A stretch of DNA of 64,000 bases from a virus. Positions 25,431 to 35,526 of the stretch are shown one piece after another; the first letter of the stretch is position 1, and each line of letters starts with the position of its first letter. Both the position numbers and the translations under genes were made by a program. The DNA lies in the IMG/VR virus record IMGVR_UViG_3300045988_136451; one strand, given 5' to 3'. Below the pieces are notes generated by a model. That model saw only the letters and a list, made by a program, of their open reading frames with translations, had not been told where the DNA came from and did not search any database.

Positions 25431-26351
25431 CCATGACGGCACGACTTCCCTTCCGTACACCGCCTCCCAGCATTCGCGCTTCGTCATCGCCGCCGGGTCG
25501 TCCCGCGTCGGAAGGACGGAGAAGACCTTGCAGAACGGCTCCAACATGCGCATGGCACGCAGCGTACCGGCGTGGCCCGCCTCGTCCGGGTCGTAGAAGA
25601 CCAGCACGCTGTCGAACTTCTGGCGTATCAGGCGGGCCTGACCGTCGGACAGCTGGCACCCGAACGATGCCACCGGGTTGGGGAAACCGTACTGATCGAG
25701 CATGATTGCCGAAAGCGGTGCCTCCACCAAGATGCAGCTGTCGCCCTGCGAAGCGTTGTCGTATCCGAACAGGATGATCTCGCGAGCCATGTCCTTGCTG
25801 TGGAGCCACTTCGGGAACACGTCGTTCGTGAGGGCGCGGGCCGTCCACCCGACCAGCTTGCCGCCGAAGAAGACGGGCACGACGGCTCTGTTCATCGAAG
25901 GGTCGTAGCCGAGCCTCCACTTCGCCACCGTCTGGTCGTTGAAGCCGCGCTCGCGCCAGTACGGGCAATCGTGCCTAGTCCACTCCTCAACGTCGCGCTC
26001 CAACGGCGTGAGCGTCACGGACTTGTATGAGCTTCCCGCCATGAGCTGCTGAATCTCCGAGAACGACAGGTCGCCGTACAGGAGCCGGAGCGCCTGCGAG
26101 CGCGAGCATGAACGCTGCCTCATCACCAAGCCCGCAGCGTCCCCGCTGAAGCCGCAGCTGAAGCAGTGGTGGCGCAGCGTGTTCAGGTTGATCGACCACG
26201 ACGGCTTCTTGTCGCCGTGCCGATGGTTCTCCGGGCACGGGCACGATGCCCACAGCTCGTCCCCGCTGATATATGAGTTCTTCAGCTCCAAAAGGTCTAT
26301 CAGCTTAGACGAATGAACCGGTCGCACATCGCACCTCCTCTTATGCCGCAT
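25419..26351 (-). CDS. dnaG: DNA primase (DnaG-type: CHC2 zinc finger plus TOPRIM)
   Basis: CPCPENHRHGDKKPSWSIN...HHCFSCGFSGD is a CHC2 Zn finger. ILVEAPLSAIML...VLVFYDPDEAG matches TOPRIM E and DxD. A GTG at ~26327 sits 6 nt after AGGAGG and may be the true start. Confidence 0.75.
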   Translation of the reverse strand: MRHKRRCDVRPVHSSKLIDLLELKNSYISGDELWASCPCPENHRHGDKKPSWSINLNTLRHHCFSCGFSGDAAGLVMRQRSCSRSQALRLLYGDLSFSEIQQLMAGSSYKSVTLTPLERDVEEWTRHDCPYWRERGFNDQTVAKWRLGYDPSMNRAVVPVFFGGKLVGWTARALTNDVFPKWLHSKDMAREIILFGYDNASQGDSCILVEAPLSAIMLDQYGFPNPVASFGCQLSDGQARLIRQKFDSVLVFYDPDEAGHAGTLRAMRMLEPFCKVFSVLPTRDDPAAMTKRECWEAVYGREVVPSWAYS

Positions 26352-26353
26352 CG

Positions 26354-26369
26354 TCGATTATTTTATCGG
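26354..26369 (-). promoter_or_regulatory. AT-rich palindromic motif upstream of primase gene; TAAAAT sits 17 nt from TTTACC
   Basis: GCTTTACC-17 nt-TAAAATAATCGACG-ATG. The motif doubles as a -10 element here. Confidence 0.55.
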
Positions 26370-26413
26370 ATGTTAAAGAAAAGGTAAAGCAAGAATTAAG
26401 ACAATAATGAAGA

Positions 26414-28759
26414 TTATCGGATGGTGCGCGGGTTGCCGTTGTCGTCCCTCATGAGGTCGATGAGGGCTTGGTACTTCAGCTCCCATCGCAGCTTGTAGCC
26501 CATCCTCCCGTAACGTCGGGTCTTCAGCGTGACGAGCTTCATCACGCTTATGTTCTCCTCCTCCTCGGTGCACCCCAGCGCCCAGATAACGTCCGCAAGC
26601 TGCTCGACAACCGACGAGTGCGCGATGTCCTGCGCGGTGCCTATGCCGTCCTTCGCGTTCTTAACGCCCTCTCGCGTCATCTGGTGGAGCAGCAGCACCG
26701 GCATCTTCTGGTTGTCCGAAGGCGACGCTATGAGGTTCTTCAGCGTGTAGATGCAGTCAGCCGTCTGCTCGTAAAGCGACTGAATCTTCGGGTTCTTCTT
26801 CACGAACTGAAGCTGGTCGATCACGACGAAGTTGCATCCGCACATCTTGGCGTTCTGGATGAGGGCGCTCGGCGTGCGCTCCGGCATGGGCGGCTGGTCG
26901 ATGACGAGCTTTCCGGGCAGGCCGCCTATCTCGTCGCGCGCCCTGTCGAGGGCCTGAACGTAGCGCGGCATCTCGATGCCCTTCAGGAACTTATCGACGG
27001 GAACCACGATCTGATCGCGGTTGACGTGCAGAAGCTCCGTGCGCCGCCCGATGTCGTAGGGGTCTAGCTCCAAGCTGGCGAAGTAGACGTTCCATCCTTG
27101 CCGCGCCGCCTCCAAGGCGGTCTTGGCGGCGAACCACGTGTTGTGCGTCACGATGTAATCGTCCGTCAGGTAAAGATGCTCCGGGTCGTCAACCATGATG
27201 CATTGCATCTCCGTGTCGAAGCCCAAGTCCTCGACATCGACTATCGAGACGTAGCGGTGAAGGAACTTGCGATTCGCAACGGCATCGTGCGCGCGCTCGC
27301 GACATTCGTGCTTGCCGGATGACGTGATGCTTTCGGCGGTCATCACCGACACAACCCATTCGTCCGACTTACCGGCACGGCGTTTCATTCGCGCCCGCGC
27401 GCACATTCCCAGCGAGCGGCACAACGACACGACATCATCAGCAAGCCTCTTTGAAGCCGTCGAGTAGGTCTTGCCTCCGTTGCCCATCATGCACCCGTCC
27501 GTGTCCATAAGGCCGCGAAGCAGGTCAAAACGCTGCTCTGCCGATGCTCCAAGGTAGTCGGCTGGAATGAACTTCTCATAAGATTTCACGTTCAGCCCAA
27601 GATCGACGACCGCGCTTGAAAGCGGGTTCATGTTCCACTTCGGCAGGTACGATATTCCATAAGAGCAGTTATCGGCGTTGACCTTCTTGACAGCGTAGTC
27701 TTCGCCCAGTCTCTCGCAAAGACTGTTCACCACATCGTCCTCGACGCTCGAAAACGCAAGCGAGCCTCCGGGAACCTGTGATAGGCATCCGTCGCCGATG
27801 AGCACGCCGAGCACGTAGGGGTCGATTGGAAGCTCCTTGCGCGACATCTCAACGGCATCATTGACCGGCACCCTCCAACGATACGCCTTGCCGCTCATCA
27901 GGCCACGCGCGATCATCTCGCCGAGCGTCATGGTGCGCTCCGAAACGCAAGGAATGCCGTTCGCCTTCGTCTTGTACGCCGTCGTCCACAAATGGTCGAT
28001 GCAGCAATCGGCATGTCGCCCGTCGGCAAGATGCACCCGGTACGCACGCTTTTTGCCCTGCGGGTACACTCCTATAACCCGTGCAAGCGTGCCTCGGCGC
28101 GTTCGCACCTTGTCGCCTACGCGAATCTCGCCCATCGGCTTGAACCCATGCTCCGTGAGAACCTTCGAGTAAAGCGGCTGGGCCTTGCCCTTGCCCGTCG
28201 GGGCGACGAGAACCGCAAGCTCGCCGGGCTTGATGCCGCCCGTCTCCACGTTCAGCTCCTCGAAGGGGTACGGCGCGCCGACCTCGGCCAGCTTCGCGTT
28301 CGCCATCTTCTTGTACAGCTCCATGCTCTCGCCGTCGCCGTACACGATCTTCTGCTGCCTCGGCGTTACGTTGTCAACGATCACGGACAGGGTGTCGCGC
28401 AGCATCTTCACCTTCTGCTCCGCGTCAAGCCCCATGTTCTCAACGCCCATGCGCAGCGCGTCGGTAAGCTGGAACTCGCAGTACTGGTCTTTGAGCTTCT
28501 TCGACAGGTACGACGGCGCGGCACCTGCCGCCCCCTGCGTCAGCGCGTCGTAGTCGGGGAACCGCTCGCGCAGCACGTCGAGCGTGGGCGCTCCCCTCAT
28601 GGCCGCGAAGTTCAGGAAGTAGTCGCTGGCGAAGCTGTACATCTCCGCCATCTTCGGGTCGGCGAACTGCGACGCGTCGATGCCCGATTGGTAGTAGACC
28701 ATGAGGGCGTTCGGGTCGGTCAAGGTCGCGGCGATCTCCGTCTCTACGTCGAGGGCCAT
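26414..28759 (-). CDS. dnaB: DnaB-family replicative helicase interrupted by an intein in the Walker A motif
   Basis: The track ORF (to 29395) carries a 210-aa Arg-rich bogus extension. True start MALDVE (TAATG overlap with the dnaC-like gene). Splicing out 27140-28183 restores LVAPTGKGK|TWFAAKTALEAA, a canonical A-x4-GKT P-loop. Downstream FVVIDQLQFV is a DnaB-type Walker B. Confidence 0.8.
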   Translation of the reverse strand: MALDVETEIAATLTDPNALMVYYQSGIDASQFADPKMAEMYSFASDYFLNFAAMRGAPTLDVLRERFPDYDALTQGAAGAAPSYLSKKLKDQYCEFQLTDALRMGVENMGLDAEQKVKMLRDTLSVIVDNVTPRQQKIVYGDGESMELYKKMANAKLAEVGAPYPFEELNVETGGIKPGELAVLVAPTGKGKAQPLYSKVLTEHGFKPMGEIRVGDKVRTRRGTLARVIGVYPQGKKRAYRVHLADGRHADCCIDHLWTTAYKTKANGIPCVSERTMTLGEMIARGLMSGKAYRWRVPVNDAVEMSRKELPIDPYVLGVLIGDGCLSQVPGGSLAFSSVEDDVVNSLCERLGEDYAVKKVNADNCSYGISYLPKWNMNPLSSAVVDLGLNVKSYEKFIPADYLGASAEQRFDLLRGLMDTDGCMMGNGGKTYSTASKRLADDVVSLCRSLGMCARARMKRRAGKSDEWVVSVMTAESITSSGKHECRERAHDAVANRKFLHRYVSIVDVEDLGFDTEMQCIMVDDPEHLYLTDDYIVTHNTWFAAKTALEAARQGWNVYFASLELDPYDIGRRTELLHVNRDQIVVPVDKFLKGIEMPRYVQALDRARDEIGGLPGKLVIDQPPMPERTPSALIQNAKMCGCNFVVIDQLQFVKKNPKIQSLYEQTADCIYTLKNLIASPSDNQKMPVLLLHQMTREGVKNAKDGIGTAQDIAHSSVVEQLADVIWALGCTEEEENISVMKLVTLKTRRYGRMGYKLRWELKYQALIDLMRDDNGNPRTIR
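27140..28183 (-). mobile_element. intein (Ala1-type) with LAGLIDADG homing endonuclease, inserted in helicase P-loop
   Basis: 348 aa. Block A AQPLYSKVLTEHG aligns to C-h-x-x-D-T-x-h-L-x-x-D-G with Ala at position 1. Two LAGLIDADG motifs (LGVLIGDGCL, LRGLMDTDGCM). C-terminal DDYIVTHN followed by the +1 nucleophile Thr. Confidence 0.7.
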
Positions 28760-29583
28760 TACCATATCCTCCCGCCGCGTCGGCGCTCGCGCGCTTTCTC
28801 GCGCATGTCCTCGCCGTCCACGCGCACGAGGTCGAAGCTCTCCGTGAACAACGATAGGACGTACTTGTTGTAGGCGGTCTCCAACCCCGAAGGGCACGAC
28901 AGGTTCGTCGTGACGATGGTGGGCCGCGACTGCTGCGTGCGCACGCGCAGAAGGTTCTCGATCTGCCCTATGGCGTAGTCGGTGCCCTTCGCGCCGAAGC
29001 CTCCCTCTATCTCCTTGCCGAGGTCGTCTAGGACGAGGACGCGGGCAGCGTCTATCTTGCGCTTGTACCACTTCGCGTACTTCGCGTTGTTCCACCCCCG
29101 CTTCGTGTTCTCGATGTAGTCCTTGGCCGTGGTCATGTAGCACTCGATGCCGCGCCGCACGGCCTCCTTCAGGGCGAAGGAGGCGAGCATCGTCTTCCCC
29201 GTGCCAGCCTTGCCGAACATGACGAACCCGCGCCCTTCGAGCATGTTCACGTCGAGCGCGTCGATGTATCCCTTCACGAACGCCTGCGCGTTCCGGTCTC
29301 CGAAATAGTCGTTCCAGTTCAAGCGCTGGTAGGTGAGGCCGATGCCCGCGTTCAGGTAGTGCTTGTAACGCTGTAGCTGGTCGGCGCAGTTGCACCGCAT
29401 CAGCGCGCCGTCAACGACCACCGTGCCGTCCACCCCCTCGCCGCAGTTCTTCATGCAGGTGGGGCAGAAGTACAGGTGGCTCGCTCCGAGGTCGGGGTAA
29501 ACCTCGTACAGCTCGTCAGCGTCGTCCTGCGACAGCGCCATGTCCACGAGGGCCGAATCTTCGAGCCTCCCCGTCACATCCAT
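28759..29583 (-). CDS. DnaC/IstB-like AAA+ helicase loader
   Basis: Trimmed to MDVTGRLED (RBS AAGGAG 6 nt upstream). N-terminal Zn finger CPTCMKNC...CNC. Walker A GKAGTGKTML and Walker B LVLDDLG. Confidence 0.7.
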   Translation of the reverse strand: MDVTGRLEDSALVDMALSQDDADELYEVYPDLGASHLYFCPTCMKNCGEGVDGTVVVDGALMRCNCADQLQRYKHYLNAGIGLTYQRLNWNDYFGDRNAQAFVKGYIDALDVNMLEGRGFVMFGKAGTGKTMLASFALKEAVRRGIECYMTTAKDYIENTKRGWNNAKYAKWYKRKIDAARVLVLDDLGKEIEGGFGAKGTDYAIGQIENLLRVRTQQSRPTIVTTNLSCPSGLETAYNKYVLSLFTESFDLVRVDGEDMREKARERRRGGRIW

Positions 29584-29933
29584 AGGTTCTCCTTGCCCTC
29601 GTCCGCCTTCAGCTCCGTCAGCGCAAGATCGGTGAGCCACCGGAATCGCTTCGAGAACATTTCCTTGCCAACGGGGTTCCCGCGGTTGCGCCCCTTCCAC
29701 TTCGAGAAGACGAACCGGGTTATCCTCGCCGCGTCCTCCGCGCCGTAGTCGCGGACGAACTGCTGCACGCTGCGCATCACCGGCGCGGTGAACATGGTGC
29801 GCTGCTGCATGGGGTCTACGTTGAAGAACTCGATGTAGCCCTTGCGGAAGATGTCGAACACCTTCCTCGCGTCGTCGTCCGTCGCGTATATGTTATGCGG
29901 TGTACCCGCTATCGCCGCCAAGTCCACTGGCAT
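29574..29933 (-). CDS. hypothetical protein
   Basis: ~120 aa. Confidence 0.4.
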   Translation of the reverse strand: MPVDLAAIAGTPHNIYATDDDARKVFDIFRKGYIEFFNVDPMQQRTMFTAPVMRSVQQFVRDYGAEDAARITRFVFSKWKGRNRGNPVGKEMFSKRFRWLTDLALTELKADEGKENLWM

Positions 29934-30384
29934 CACACACCTTGCCTATAACGTCTGCGGCCTCCTCCGGCCCCAGCTCCAACACAACCCCTCCGAAAGG
30001 CCCCCACAGGCTCTCTCCGACCTTGAAAACGAAGTCCAGAGGGAAGGCACCGTAAACCGCCTCATGCTCCTCTAGCAGCGTCCTGTACGGCTCGCCGCCG
30101 TCCGTGAGGTCTGCAACGTCGAACGGCGTGTCCCGGTGCACGACCAGCTGCAACGGGCGGTACAGATGGGCGAGGCCGCGCACGGCCTCGTTGACCATCA
30201 TCGCGTCGCATAGGAGCTGGTTCACCGAGAAGGCCGCTGCGGCCACGTCGCCCATGGCGAACGGGGTCTTCCTGCGGTACACCTCGAACACGCTGTTCGC
30301 ATGCCTCACGCAGGGGACGAACCGGCGGGCGAACGCCGCGCGCTCCAACGCGTCCCCTCCCGTCACGGCCACGTTGAGAATCAT
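29893..30384 (-). CDS. hypothetical protein
   Basis: 163 aa. ATGA overlap with the upstream gene. Confidence 0.4.
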   Translation of the reverse strand: MILNVAVTGGDALERAAFARRFVPCVRHANSVFEVYRRKTPFAMGDVAAAAFSVNQLLCDAMMVNEAVRGLAHLYRPLQLVVHRDTPFDVADLTDGGEPYRTLLEEHEAVYGAFPLDFVFKVGESLWGPFGGVVLELGPEEAADVIGKVCDASGLGGDSGYTA

Positions 30385-30692
30385 CGCCGCGCCGCCGCCT
30401 GCTGCTGCGCGAGCATCGCCTTGTTGGCGATCTTCTGCGCGATGCTGTCTATCTCCTCCTCGCAGATGGCCTCGCAGTCATGGTTCATCTGGTGCATGAC
30501 GGCGGCGAGGTATTCCGTTGGCGGGTAGCCGGGGCCGATCTTGGCCGTCAGGGCCGCGCCCTTCTTTATCCAGTCGCCGTTGGGGGACTGGATGGAGAAG
30601 TTCACGCTTATCTCCGCCTCGACATGGTACACGCCGAGCTGCGCCGTGGTCTGCGGCTGGCCCTGCTGCGGCGCGGTCTGCTGCCCCTCCAT
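30381..30692 (-). CDS. hypothetical protein
   Basis: 103 aa with a Q-rich N-terminus. Confidence 0.4.
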   Translation of the reverse strand: MEGQQTAPQQGQPQTTAQLGVYHVEAEISVNFSIQSPNGDWIKKGAALTAKIGPGYPPTEYLAAVMHQMNHDCEAICEEEIDSIAQKIANKAMLAQQQAAARR

Positions 30693-30693
30693 G

Positions 30694-31281
30694 CTACTTC
30701 ACCACCAGAGACGATGCGATCTTGCCCTGCGCGGCGGCCTTCTCGTCGGCCTTGGAGAACTGGCGCAGCATGGTCTTGAAGGTGGCGGGGACGCTCACGG
30801 AGACCTCCGGGTCGTCGAACAGCTCCTTCGGCACCTTCAGGTTCTGGCCGAGCATCGCCTGCTCCAACTTCGCCTCGTCGATCTCGCGGGGCATCGAGAC
30901 GGGGCGCGTGACCGACTTGAAAGCGTCCCAAGCCCTGCCGCTGCGGTCGTTGATGTCCTCTTCGTAGAGGCGGCACAGACCGGCGAGAAGCCCCTGCTCG
31001 GTGATGTCAACGGCCTCCTTGCGCGCGAACTCGCGGCACACCTTCTTCTGCTCCTCCATGCCGTACACGGACACGGGGGTTCCGTTGTCGGTGTACTCCT
31101 CCGTGAGGCGCGCCGCCTCTTCCTTCATGGCCTCGTATTCGAGTTCGGCGATCTCCGCCGCCTTCTTCTTCTCGGCGTACAGCTTCACGAAGGCGTTTGC
31201 CTTCGCCGGGTCTGACAGGTCTTTGGGCTGGTAGTCTTGGATTGCGAGGACTTCCTTGCCGACCTTGATGATCTCTGCCAT
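30694..31281 (-). CDS. hypothetical protein
   Basis: Trimmed to MAEIIKVGK (RBS AAGGAG 8 nt). Promoter TTTACA-17-TAACAT, with a hairpin palindrome in the spacer, immediately upstream. Confidence 0.45.
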   Translation of the reverse strand: MAEIIKVGKEVLAIQDYQPKDLSDPAKANAFVKLYAEKKKAAEIAELEYEAMKEEAARLTEEYTDNGTPVSVYGMEEQKKVCREFARKEAVDITEQGLLAGLCRLYEEDINDRSGRAWDAFKSVTRPVSMPREIDEAKLEQAMLGQNLKVPKELFDDPEVSVSVPATFKTMLRQFSKADEKAAAQGKIASSLVVK

Positions 31282-31319
31282 CGTTCCATCTCCTTTTGTT
31301 GGTTGCAATGACAAGTCAT

Positions 31320-31378
31320 ATGTTAAACGGTCTCGCGACCGTTGTAAAGATAAAAGTTAAGAATAAAAGTTAAGACTT
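31320..31378 (-). promoter_or_regulatory. promoter TTTACA-17-TAACAT with perfect 7-bp hairpin (AACGGTC GCGA GACCGTT) in the spacer and tandem TCTTAACTTTTAT repeats upstream
   Basis: Minus strand GTCTTAACTTTTATTCTTAACTTTTATCTTTACAACGGTCGCGAGACCGTTTAACAT, upstream of gene 30694-31281. Confidence 0.5.
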
Positions 31379-31718
31379 ACTGCACGACATCCCATGTCTC
31401 GCCGCCGTCTGCGGACTGCGTGATGAAGGTGCTCGGCGGGAAGTTCGCGACGGCGTAGTCAACCATCGCCTTCAGCTTGGACGGGTCTCGGTCGAATATC
31501 TCGAAGCCGATCTGCGGGGCGCTCCCCGACTGCGCCATCACGGCCAGAAGCTCCAAGCCGGTGCAGGTGATGCAGTCCCACGAGAAGGCCAGCCAGCCGA
31601 TGCCGTGGTTAAGCTCTACGGCGCGGGGGTCGTCCGTCCACACGTAGTTCGTCCTCATGTTCTCCGGCGTGCGCGCCAGCCACACGTTGATGCGCGCCGC
31701 TACGAATCTGCGTCCCAT
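31377..31718 (-). CDS. hypothetical protein
   Basis: 113 aa; RBS GGAG. Confidence 0.45.
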   Translation of the reverse strand: MGRRFVAARINVWLARTPENMRTNYVWTDDPRAVELNHGIGWLAFSWDCITCTGLELLAVMAQSGSAPQIGFEIFDRDPSKLKAMVDYAVANFPPSTFITQSADGGETWDVVQ

Positions 31719-31727
31719 TCCCGCTCC

Positions 31728-33488
31728 TTAAAAGCCGAGTAAGTATTCCATGTCGTTCATCATATCATTCTCGCCAGCCGCTTCATACTCGCCTATGCCC
31801 ATCTCCTGCGCCAGCGCCTTGCGGCCCGCCATGGTCTCCTCTATGCGCTCCTCGATTGTGTCGCGCGTCACGAAGCGGTATATGGTCACGCAGTCGTGCT
31901 TGGAGCTGATGCGGTGGATGCGGTCGCTGCGCTGCTGGTAGCGCGAATGCAGCGGCGGCGTGTCGTAGTGGAGCAGGTAGCGCCCCTCCGGAAGGTCTAT
32001 GCCCTCGCGCCCAGCGTCGGACATGAGCATGAGGTTGTAGGTGCTCCCCTCTCGGAAAGACCGCTCGATCACGCCGCGCTGCGCGTCCGTCTGCCCTCCC
32101 ATGTACATGAGCGGGCGGTAGCGCTCCAAGTGCTTCGACAGCGGTATGAGGCAGTTGTGCGTGTGCTGGGCGAACACCACCATCTTCTCGCCGCCTCCCA
32201 TGATCTGGTCTACCAGCTCCTCGGTCGCCTTCAGCTTCTCGCTGTTCTTAGACCCCGCAAGCTCCGGCGCGTGGCGCTGCACTATCCGGCGAATCTCGCG
32301 CAGCTGCTCGTCCCAGAACGGGTTGTCGCCTTCGTAGCGCCACACGTCCTCCATCAGAAGAACCTCCGGCATCCTGCACACGCGCTGAAGCATGAGCATG
32401 AACAGCGAGCGCTGCTTCTCGTCCCGGTCTACGCTGCCGCCGTACGCGGCGATCTCGTCGTACAGGGCGCGCTCCGGCGGCGACAGCTCCAAGTCAAGCA
32501 CGATCTCCTGACGCTTGGGGAACTCCGCCGCTATCTCCGGGTTGGTCTTCTCCGCCATGAACACGCGGGGAGCCGAAAGCAGCCCCATAACGTCGAGGTT
32601 CTGGAAGCCGAGGTAGCGGTTCCACATGTCGCGCTCGCCGTTGCCGTACGTGAAGTAGTGCTCGAAGTCCTTCACGGTGCCGTAGATCGAGGCATCGAGG
32701 ATGCGCCATTCGTTGTAGTAGTCCTCCGGGCTTTTCTCCAACGGCGTGGCGGTCAGGCCGCACTTGAACCTGATGTCGAGCGTCTTTTCCAGCTTCTTGA
32801 ACTTCTGGTGGCGGGGCCGCGCTCGGCTCTTCAACCGCTGAACCTCGTCGTACACGAAGAAAAGGTGCTTCCCGCGCAGGGCGCGCTCTATGAAGTTCCA
32901 GTCCTTCGTGTTGGTTCGGTCGTAGTTGACGACCCATATGTCGGAATCGTCGGTGTTGTACCACGCTTGGCGCTTCGCGGGCTTCGCGTTGCGGTTGACC
33001 GTGCCGACCGTCAGGCTCGTCGCCTTCTCCAACCACGGCACCCACTGCTTGACGAGCGGGGCCGGGCAGAACACCACGATCTTATCGACGGTGCCACGGT
33101 CGAACTCGCGCACGGCGAGCATCGTCCCCATGGCCGTCTTCCCCGTCCCGCACGAGCATATGAGCATGGTGTTGGGAACTCCGTCGAGCGCGTGGCCGCA
33201 TCTGTTCTGAAACCTCTTCAGCTCGAACGGGAGCGTGAGGGACGGAGATTCGATGGGCGATTCGTCGCGCACCTGCCGCAAGCGCTCCGCCGCCCGCTCC
33301 GTGAACATGACCTCCATCGTCCTCGCCATGGTCTGGCACAGCTCGACGATGCGGTCGGAGTTCTTCAGCAGATGGTCGCGGGCGAGTATCCCGCTGTGGA
33401 CGAACGGCATCAGCGCCGCCTCGTCGCCGTTGATCTTGAACTGCCCTCGGAACTCCTCGGACAGGTCAACGCAGACCGTCTCTTTCAA
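31728..33488 (-). CDS. SNF2/SF2-family helicase
   Basis: Motifs in SF2 order: I ICSCGTGKT, II VYDEVQRL (DExx), III GLTATPLEKSPEDYYN, V LMLMSDAGREGIDL, VI QQRSDRIHRIS. TTG start after GGAGG. Confidence 0.75.
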   Translation of the reverse strand: MKETVCVDLSEEFRGQFKINGDEAALMPFVHSGILARDHLLKNSDRIVELCQTMARTMEVMFTERAAERLRQVRDESPIESPSLTLPFELKRFQNRCGHALDGVPNTMLICSCGTGKTAMGTMLAVREFDRGTVDKIVVFCPAPLVKQWVPWLEKATSLTVGTVNRNAKPAKRQAWYNTDDSDIWVVNYDRTNTKDWNFIERALRGKHLFFVYDEVQRLKSRARPRHQKFKKLEKTLDIRFKCGLTATPLEKSPEDYYNEWRILDASIYGTVKDFEHYFTYGNGERDMWNRYLGFQNLDVMGLLSAPRVFMAEKTNPEIAAEFPKRQEIVLDLELSPPERALYDEIAAYGGSVDRDEKQRSLFMLMLQRVCRMPEVLLMEDVWRYEGDNPFWDEQLREIRRIVQRHAPELAGSKNSEKLKATEELVDQIMGGGEKMVVFAQHTHNCLIPLSKHLERYRPLMYMGGQTDAQRGVIERSFREGSTYNLMLMSDAGREGIDLPEGRYLLHYDTPPLHSRYQQRSDRIHRISSKHDCVTIYRFVTRDTIEERIEETMAGRKALAQEMGIGEYEAAGENDMMNDMEYLLGF

Positions 33489-33517
33489 CGCGCCTCCATC
33501 TCCCTTGGTTTTCCTCT

Positions 33518-33546
33518 AGTGTAAGACAAGAAGTTAAGAAAATCAA
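33518..33546 (-). promoter_or_regulatory. promoter TTGATT-17-TACACT upstream of SNF2 helicase gene
   Basis: Minus strand TTGATTTTCTTAACTTCTTGTCTTACACT, directly downstream of terminator 33556-33584. Confidence 0.5.
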
Positions 33547-33555
33547 GTAAAAGAA

Positions 33556-33584
33556 GAACCCCCTCGGATTGCCGTAGGGGGTTC
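33556..33584 (-). terminator. strong intrinsic terminator (GAACCCCCT-ACGGCAATCCG-AGGGGGTTC + UUCUUUU)
   Basis: 9-bp stem with an 11-nt loop and a U-rich tail, ~50 nt after the stop of fibre gene 33638-35526. Marks the end of the structural operon. Confidence 0.65.
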
Positions 33585-33637
33585 TCGGCGCTCATTCAAG
33601 CAAGGAGATGGAATCACGCCTCGCTCATTATACCTCA

Positions 33638-35526
33638 TCAGAAGAAGGAATACATGTAGTTTATCGTGTGCGTCGTGCTTCCCCCGACCGCGCTCTTGTA
33701 CGTCACGACTATCTCGCCGTGCGAAAGGTCGATGGATGCCGGGAATGTCAGCGCTATGTCCTTCCCGACCGTGGCCGTTATGCCCGTCTGGGCCGTCTCG
33801 GAGCCGGGGTAGAAGCCGTTCACCTTGACCGACGATATGAAGGCCGTCGGCAGGACGGAGGGGTCGTAGCTCGCCTCCCCTTCGTATATGACGTACGCGC
33901 TGACGTGTATGGTGCGCGCCTGCACGCCGATCATGTTGAGCTGGTCGGTGACGCGCAGCCCGTCGGGGCCGACGTAGTACACGTCCGCGTAGCTGGCGAT
34001 GGCGTTGAACCTCGCGGTCTTCGCCGCCACTCCGGGGAAGGTGATTCCGAGCGTGTTGTTCGAGGTCGTCGCCGTCCCCTTCCAATGCACGAGGTAGTCG
34101 TTCCCCGCCACCGTCTCGAAGTCGGTGAGCGTCTTGGAGAACGTCGGCTTGTAGGCGCTCATGTACTTGTCGTGGACGCTCTTCACGTCCCCCGTTGACA
34201 GGCTCAAATGCGGGTTCAGCAGCACGTAGGAAGACGTGCTCCATATCGCCGCGCCGAAGCTGGCGCTCGGAAGGTAGAACTCGGCTCCGTCCATACTGCC
34301 CTGCGCGTCAGAATAGTAGAAGTAGCCGGGGTCGAACGCCGTGATGGCGGCCAGAGAGCTTGTTATGGCGAGCGTCGCCGTGCTCTGGTTCACCTTGACC
34401 GTGAGCGTCGCCGTGCCAGCGGCCACGTAATCGACGGAGCAGGTCTTGCCGACGGTCATGCGGAACGCCGTCGTGTTGCTTATCGTCCACGTCGCCGCCG
34501 ACGAGCCGTTGCGCGTGTCGTACCGGATGTCGCCGATGACGTAGGTCGCGTAGAACTCGTTCGTATAGCTCACGTAGTCCGTCGCGCCGAGGCGGTTGAT
34601 CTTCAGCTCCTTTATGTGGGGGTCGAGCGCAACGCCGGAGCTGTCGATGGCGGAGACCGTGTACGTCTTGGAAGGGTCGTAGTTCTCCAACTGGTAGGAG
34701 GTGAGGCGCGTCTTGCCCACCAGCTTGTCGTCCGCGTAGATGTAGTAGACGAACACGCCGTTGCCGCCCTTCGCCTCCGTCCACGTCGCATAGCCGACAA
34801 TCGACACGGCGAAGTCGCTCTCGCCGTCTGCGGTGTTCCACGTGAGCGCGTCAGGCGTTCCGAGCTGGTAGTCGGGCTGCGGTATGAGGGCGAACGCCTG
34901 AAGCCATTCCTCCGGGTTGTTGCTCATGACGCGCGCCTTCAGCGTGTTCGTCGGGCGCGGGAGCGTCATCCGGGAGTAGGCCTTGTTCGGAAGGTCGTAC
35001 CACTGGTACCACTTGTTGCCGCCGTCCGGGCTGAACTCCCACAGGAGGTTCGAGTAGAGGAACATCGAGTTGTCGAACCACGCGGTTCCCGCGCCGGTCG
35101 TGTACAGATCGAACGAGAGGCCCACGCTCTCCGTGGTGTCGTCGTTCTTGCCCCAGCTGCGCCCCTTCTCCATCTCCTGCGGGTAGTAGCCGAACGTCTG
35201 GCGCGTATGGTACTCCGGGCCTTCGCCCTGCGGGCCGATCTCGTCGAGGACGGCGAACATGTTAGCGCCCGTCGTCGCGCGCGGGTCGGTGGGCGGCTCG
35301 AACGTGGGTGTCCACGCCGACTTGGTGCGGGCGAAGAAGCGGGCGGCCTCGTCCACCGTCTTGCGCTCGCCGATGCCGGTCTCCACCGACGGGTCGAACA
35401 CGTTGTAGGAGTATTCGCCGAGCCGCCTCTGCCCGTAGCGCACCATGCGCACGAAGCCCTTGGCGGGCTTCCCGTCCTCGAAGCAGTTTCCTATCCTCAT
35501 CGTAGGGTTCACAGCGTCCTCCATTT
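33638..35526 (-). CDS. putative tail fibre / receptor-binding protein (Ser/Thr/Gly-rich beta-rich repeats)
   Basis: ~630 aa. C-terminal half has many T/S/G-rich beta-strand-like segments (TWTISNTTAF, TATLTVKV...). Position in the structural block. A strong terminator follows at 33556-33584. Confidence 0.4.

Noticed and set aside
28760-29395. 210-aa N-terminal extension of the helicase ORF (track start 29395)
   Set aside because: The extension is an Arg-rich out-of-frame read across the dnaC-like gene. A TAATG-coupled start at MALDVE (28759) fits the operon pattern.
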